DNA of 64,000 bases from Lama glama (lineage: Eukaryota). The stretch is taken from assembly GCA_028534125.1 (NCBI GenBank), contig CM052817.1:37512001-37576000 (forward strand), written 5' to 3'. Shown piece by piece: positions 61,090-64,000 of the stretch. Made by a program: the position numbers and the translations under genes. A model generated the notes under the pieces. It was not told the DNA's origin, did no database searches, and saw only the letters and a list, made by a program, of their open reading frames with translations. The first letter of the stretch is position 1, and each line of letters opens with the position of its first letter.

Positions 61090-63628
61090 TTTATTCTAGA
61101 CATTGTCCTATTGGTCAACTTCCCCTTATTCATTCAAGATTTAAGTGTCTGACTCAGCCTCCTCCACCACTGCTGCTGTCATCATTCATGGTGTTGTTAC
61201 AGGGACTGAGGGGTCCTCCAACACTCTGGCCTCCTCCACCTCGGCTGGCAATCGACTCCAAGGATCATGCTGGCTATTAGCTATAACTGCACCACCTCTA
61301 AAATGTCTTATTTCTATCGTCCAACACCCTCTCCATCTAATCTCTTTATTTTTTTCTAGCTCACTTCCTCTAACACTCTTCTTCAAATAATTCATTGACT
61401 CTATCAGGAATTTTAATCCACTGACCCGACCACTTGCTCTCTATTAACCCTCTCTTGCCTTTACATTGCTTGAATTCTAAGGGCCATCATTAAAATCACT
61501 CTTTTGCATTCAACCTCTACTCTCATGAAACTGCAGAACCATGCTGACTGACCCCACTGAGCTCTCAACACTGCCTGGTGATTCATTTTCTTAAGAGAAC
61601 TATTTTATATTTTCCTCCTTCTCTTTTCCTTTCAAAGCTCCCATACTTTTTTTTTTTTTAAACTGAAGTATACTTAGTTTACAATGCTGCATCAATTTCT
61701 GGTCTACAGCATAATAGTTCAGTCACACATATACATATATATATTCCTTTTCATGTTCTTTTTCGTTATAGATTACTACAAGATATTGAATATAGTTCCC
61801 TGTGCTGTACAGAAGAATCTTGTTGTTTATCTATTTTATTCAAAGCTCCAGTACTTTCTCCCTTGTCCTCTCTCAACTGATGACTTTTCCTCAGTTTTCT
61901 TGGTGAAATAAGAAGTAATCAGGAAATAACTTCCTTATCCTTCTGCTACCAGACTTCCCAAATCTACATCCATATATTCTGCTGTCTCTTCTGTTACACC
62001 TCTGCACACTCACCCAGGCCGCAAACCTCCAGTGTGCATGGGGATTCCACTGCTCTCCCTGCCCAAAGACTTCGCTCCTGCAATTACCCCCTCACATGCA
62101 TCAAGAAGCTTATACACTAGGTTTTTCTCATTAGTATAGAAACACGCTGTACTATTTTCTACTTAGAACAACAACAACAAAAATCCTCCTTTGGTTCCAC
62201 ACTTCCTTTCAGATTCTATCCCATTTTTTCTGTTGTCTTTTAGAGTAAGTCTCTTTAAAACTGTCATTTAAATTTTATCTCCACTTCCTCTCTCACTGCT
62301 CTTGGACTCAGATCAATAGTGTGAGTCCCTACTATTCTACCAACACTGGTCACAAAAATGACTGCTCTCTGTGTTTTTATCAAAGCTAAAGGATAATTCT
62401 CAATTTTCATTTTACTTGATCACTAAGCATCACATAACACAGCTGCTCAATCCCTCCTCTTCTTGGAACATCTGACTTCTGGGAAACCATGCTCTTTTTA
62501 TTTTCCTTCTATTTCACTGGCTTCTCCTTCTTAATCTCTTTTGTAGGGTCCTGCTTCATGTCTAATCTCCTAATGTGAGACTATAACAGTGCTCAGACCT
62601 CCAGATTTTTCTAGTCTCCATATACATTTCATACATACCTGATCTCATGTAGTCACATGACCTTAACTGTCTTATGTATTCCTATAACTTCAGGCTCTCT
62701 CTGAATTCTAAATCTACTCACCTGCCTAGGTGAGTGTTGTACGTGGGTCTTAATACGCATCTTTAGCCTAACATGTCTAAAACCAAATTCTTGATACTTT
62801 CTCCTTATATCCAACTTTTTCTCAATCACTCACCAGTTGCTTAGGACACAACTTAGAGTCATTCTTGACTCCTCTTTCTTACAAATGCCATATCTGAACA
62901 AGCAGCAAATCCTGAAGGCACAACCTTGAAGATGTCTATATCTGACCCTTCTCTGCCACTAGCAACCTAGTCTGTGCTGCATGCATCTCAAATGGAGGAG
63001 TGTCATTGCCTCCTCACTGGTCTTTTACTCCTGCAATCTATTCCTCTCAGAACAGGTCAGAGTAATCCCATTACAATTTAAATCAGATCATGGCTCTGTA
63101 CGATTTCATCCAATGGCTTCCCATTATACTTAGAACATCCAAAGTGCTCCCGTTAGCTTCCGAGGTCTGACATGATTTGGGTCCTGGTTACCATCCACTC
63201 TGCCTTTCCCTCACTCTGCTGCAGTCACACGGCCTTTCCTGCCATTCCTCTAACATGCCGCACATCTCCCACACCTCAGGGCCTCTGCACTTGCTGTTCC
63301 TTTTGACTGGAACCCTCTTCCCCCTGATATCTCCACATTTTACTTCCTCATTTCAAATAGTTTTCTGTTCCAATGTCATCCCTTGGGAGAGAAGCCCTCT
63401 CTGATCGCCCTCCCTATGTAAGACAGAACTTGGACGTCCCAGCCCTGTATTCTCTGTTCCTTCTCTATTCCTGCTTCATTTTTCCTCAAAGCACTATTAC
63501 TAACTGATGGCGCATTACTTACTCAGTTTTTAGTGACTTAGTGGCTATCCCTCAGCCCGATAAAGTCCCAGTACCTAGAGGTACCCAGTACACGGTAGGT
63601 ACTCAATAAACATTTGTTGAGTGAATGA
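61090..63628 (+). mobile_element. LINE-2 (L2a-like) long decayed 3' fragment
   Basis: C/T-rich L2 ORF2 remnant, cacctcagggcctctgcacttgctgttcc, terminal cacggtaggtactcaataaacatttgttgagtgaatga; 5' boundary approximate. Confidence 0.88.
61650..61838 (-). mobile_element. 5'-truncated L1 3' end inserted into the L2
   Basis: Poly(T) head, gatattgaatatagttccctgtgctgtacag motif; imperfect TSD ttcaaagctcc..tacttt at 61631-61649 and 61839-61857. Confidence 0.88.
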
Positions 63629-64000
63629 TAGAACATAATTTTATGGCTCCCTCTCACTTAATGGGGGTCAAGGATAATGATAAGAATTTGAATCTATATA
63701 TTTTAACTCACATTTGCTGCTTTCATCAAATATATTAGTCTTTCTGTTCAAATCATTTATTACCAGGGCTACAAATAGGGAGCAAAAATGTTTATCACTT
63801 TATCTATCCCAACACCATATCTGGTAGAAGACTGAAAATTTTGAAAGACAAAACAAAAACAAAACAAACAAAAAACTAAAGAAATCTAGGTGATTTAGGA
63901 ATGAATAAATATGTTCTTTTGAGTCAGGAAAAAAAGGTCACCTCATCAAGCAAACACGCACAGAAACCGTGGGAATTGCACCTAAACTGTACTTCAAAAG

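Noticed and set aside
1..64000. CRISPR array, operon-like cluster, or foreign/prokaryotic insert
   Set aside because: No regularly spaced repeat-spacer structure, no long intronless ORFs and no compositional island; everything fits a mammalian intron-exon locus

Overview
Mammalian genomic DNA, probably a camelid: it has five copies of a tRNA-derived SINE matching my recollection of the camelid Vic-1 family. The whole window lies inside one large minus-strand gene, PTPN13 (FAP-1/PTP-BAS/PTPL1). I mapped 32 coding exons by translation and splice-site/phase checks. They run from the KIND-FERM linker (60672) through FERM and PDZ1-PDZ5 to the linker just before the phosphatase domain (1496). The N-terminal KIND exons and the PTP catalytic exons are not visible. 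One expected FERM exon is absent and probably lies in the 500-N gap at 51884-52383. Introns carry ordinary mammalian repeats (L1, L2, MIR, MLT1 and ERVL solo LTRs, Tigger7/MER44, MER5A, MER58). I found no prokaryote-type system, CRISPR array or RNA gene. The notable signals are at splicing level: two GC-AG introns (one with a very weak GCATCG donor), the known PDZ2 VLFDK tandem donor and 57-nt cassette exon, three candidate routes to a stop between PDZ5 and the phosphatase domain, and inverted SINEs bracketing the PDZ3 exons. There is also a nested L1-in-L1 insertion next to a splice acceptor and several local duplications. Comparisons to human PTPN13 and repeat consensi are from memory, not from a database search.
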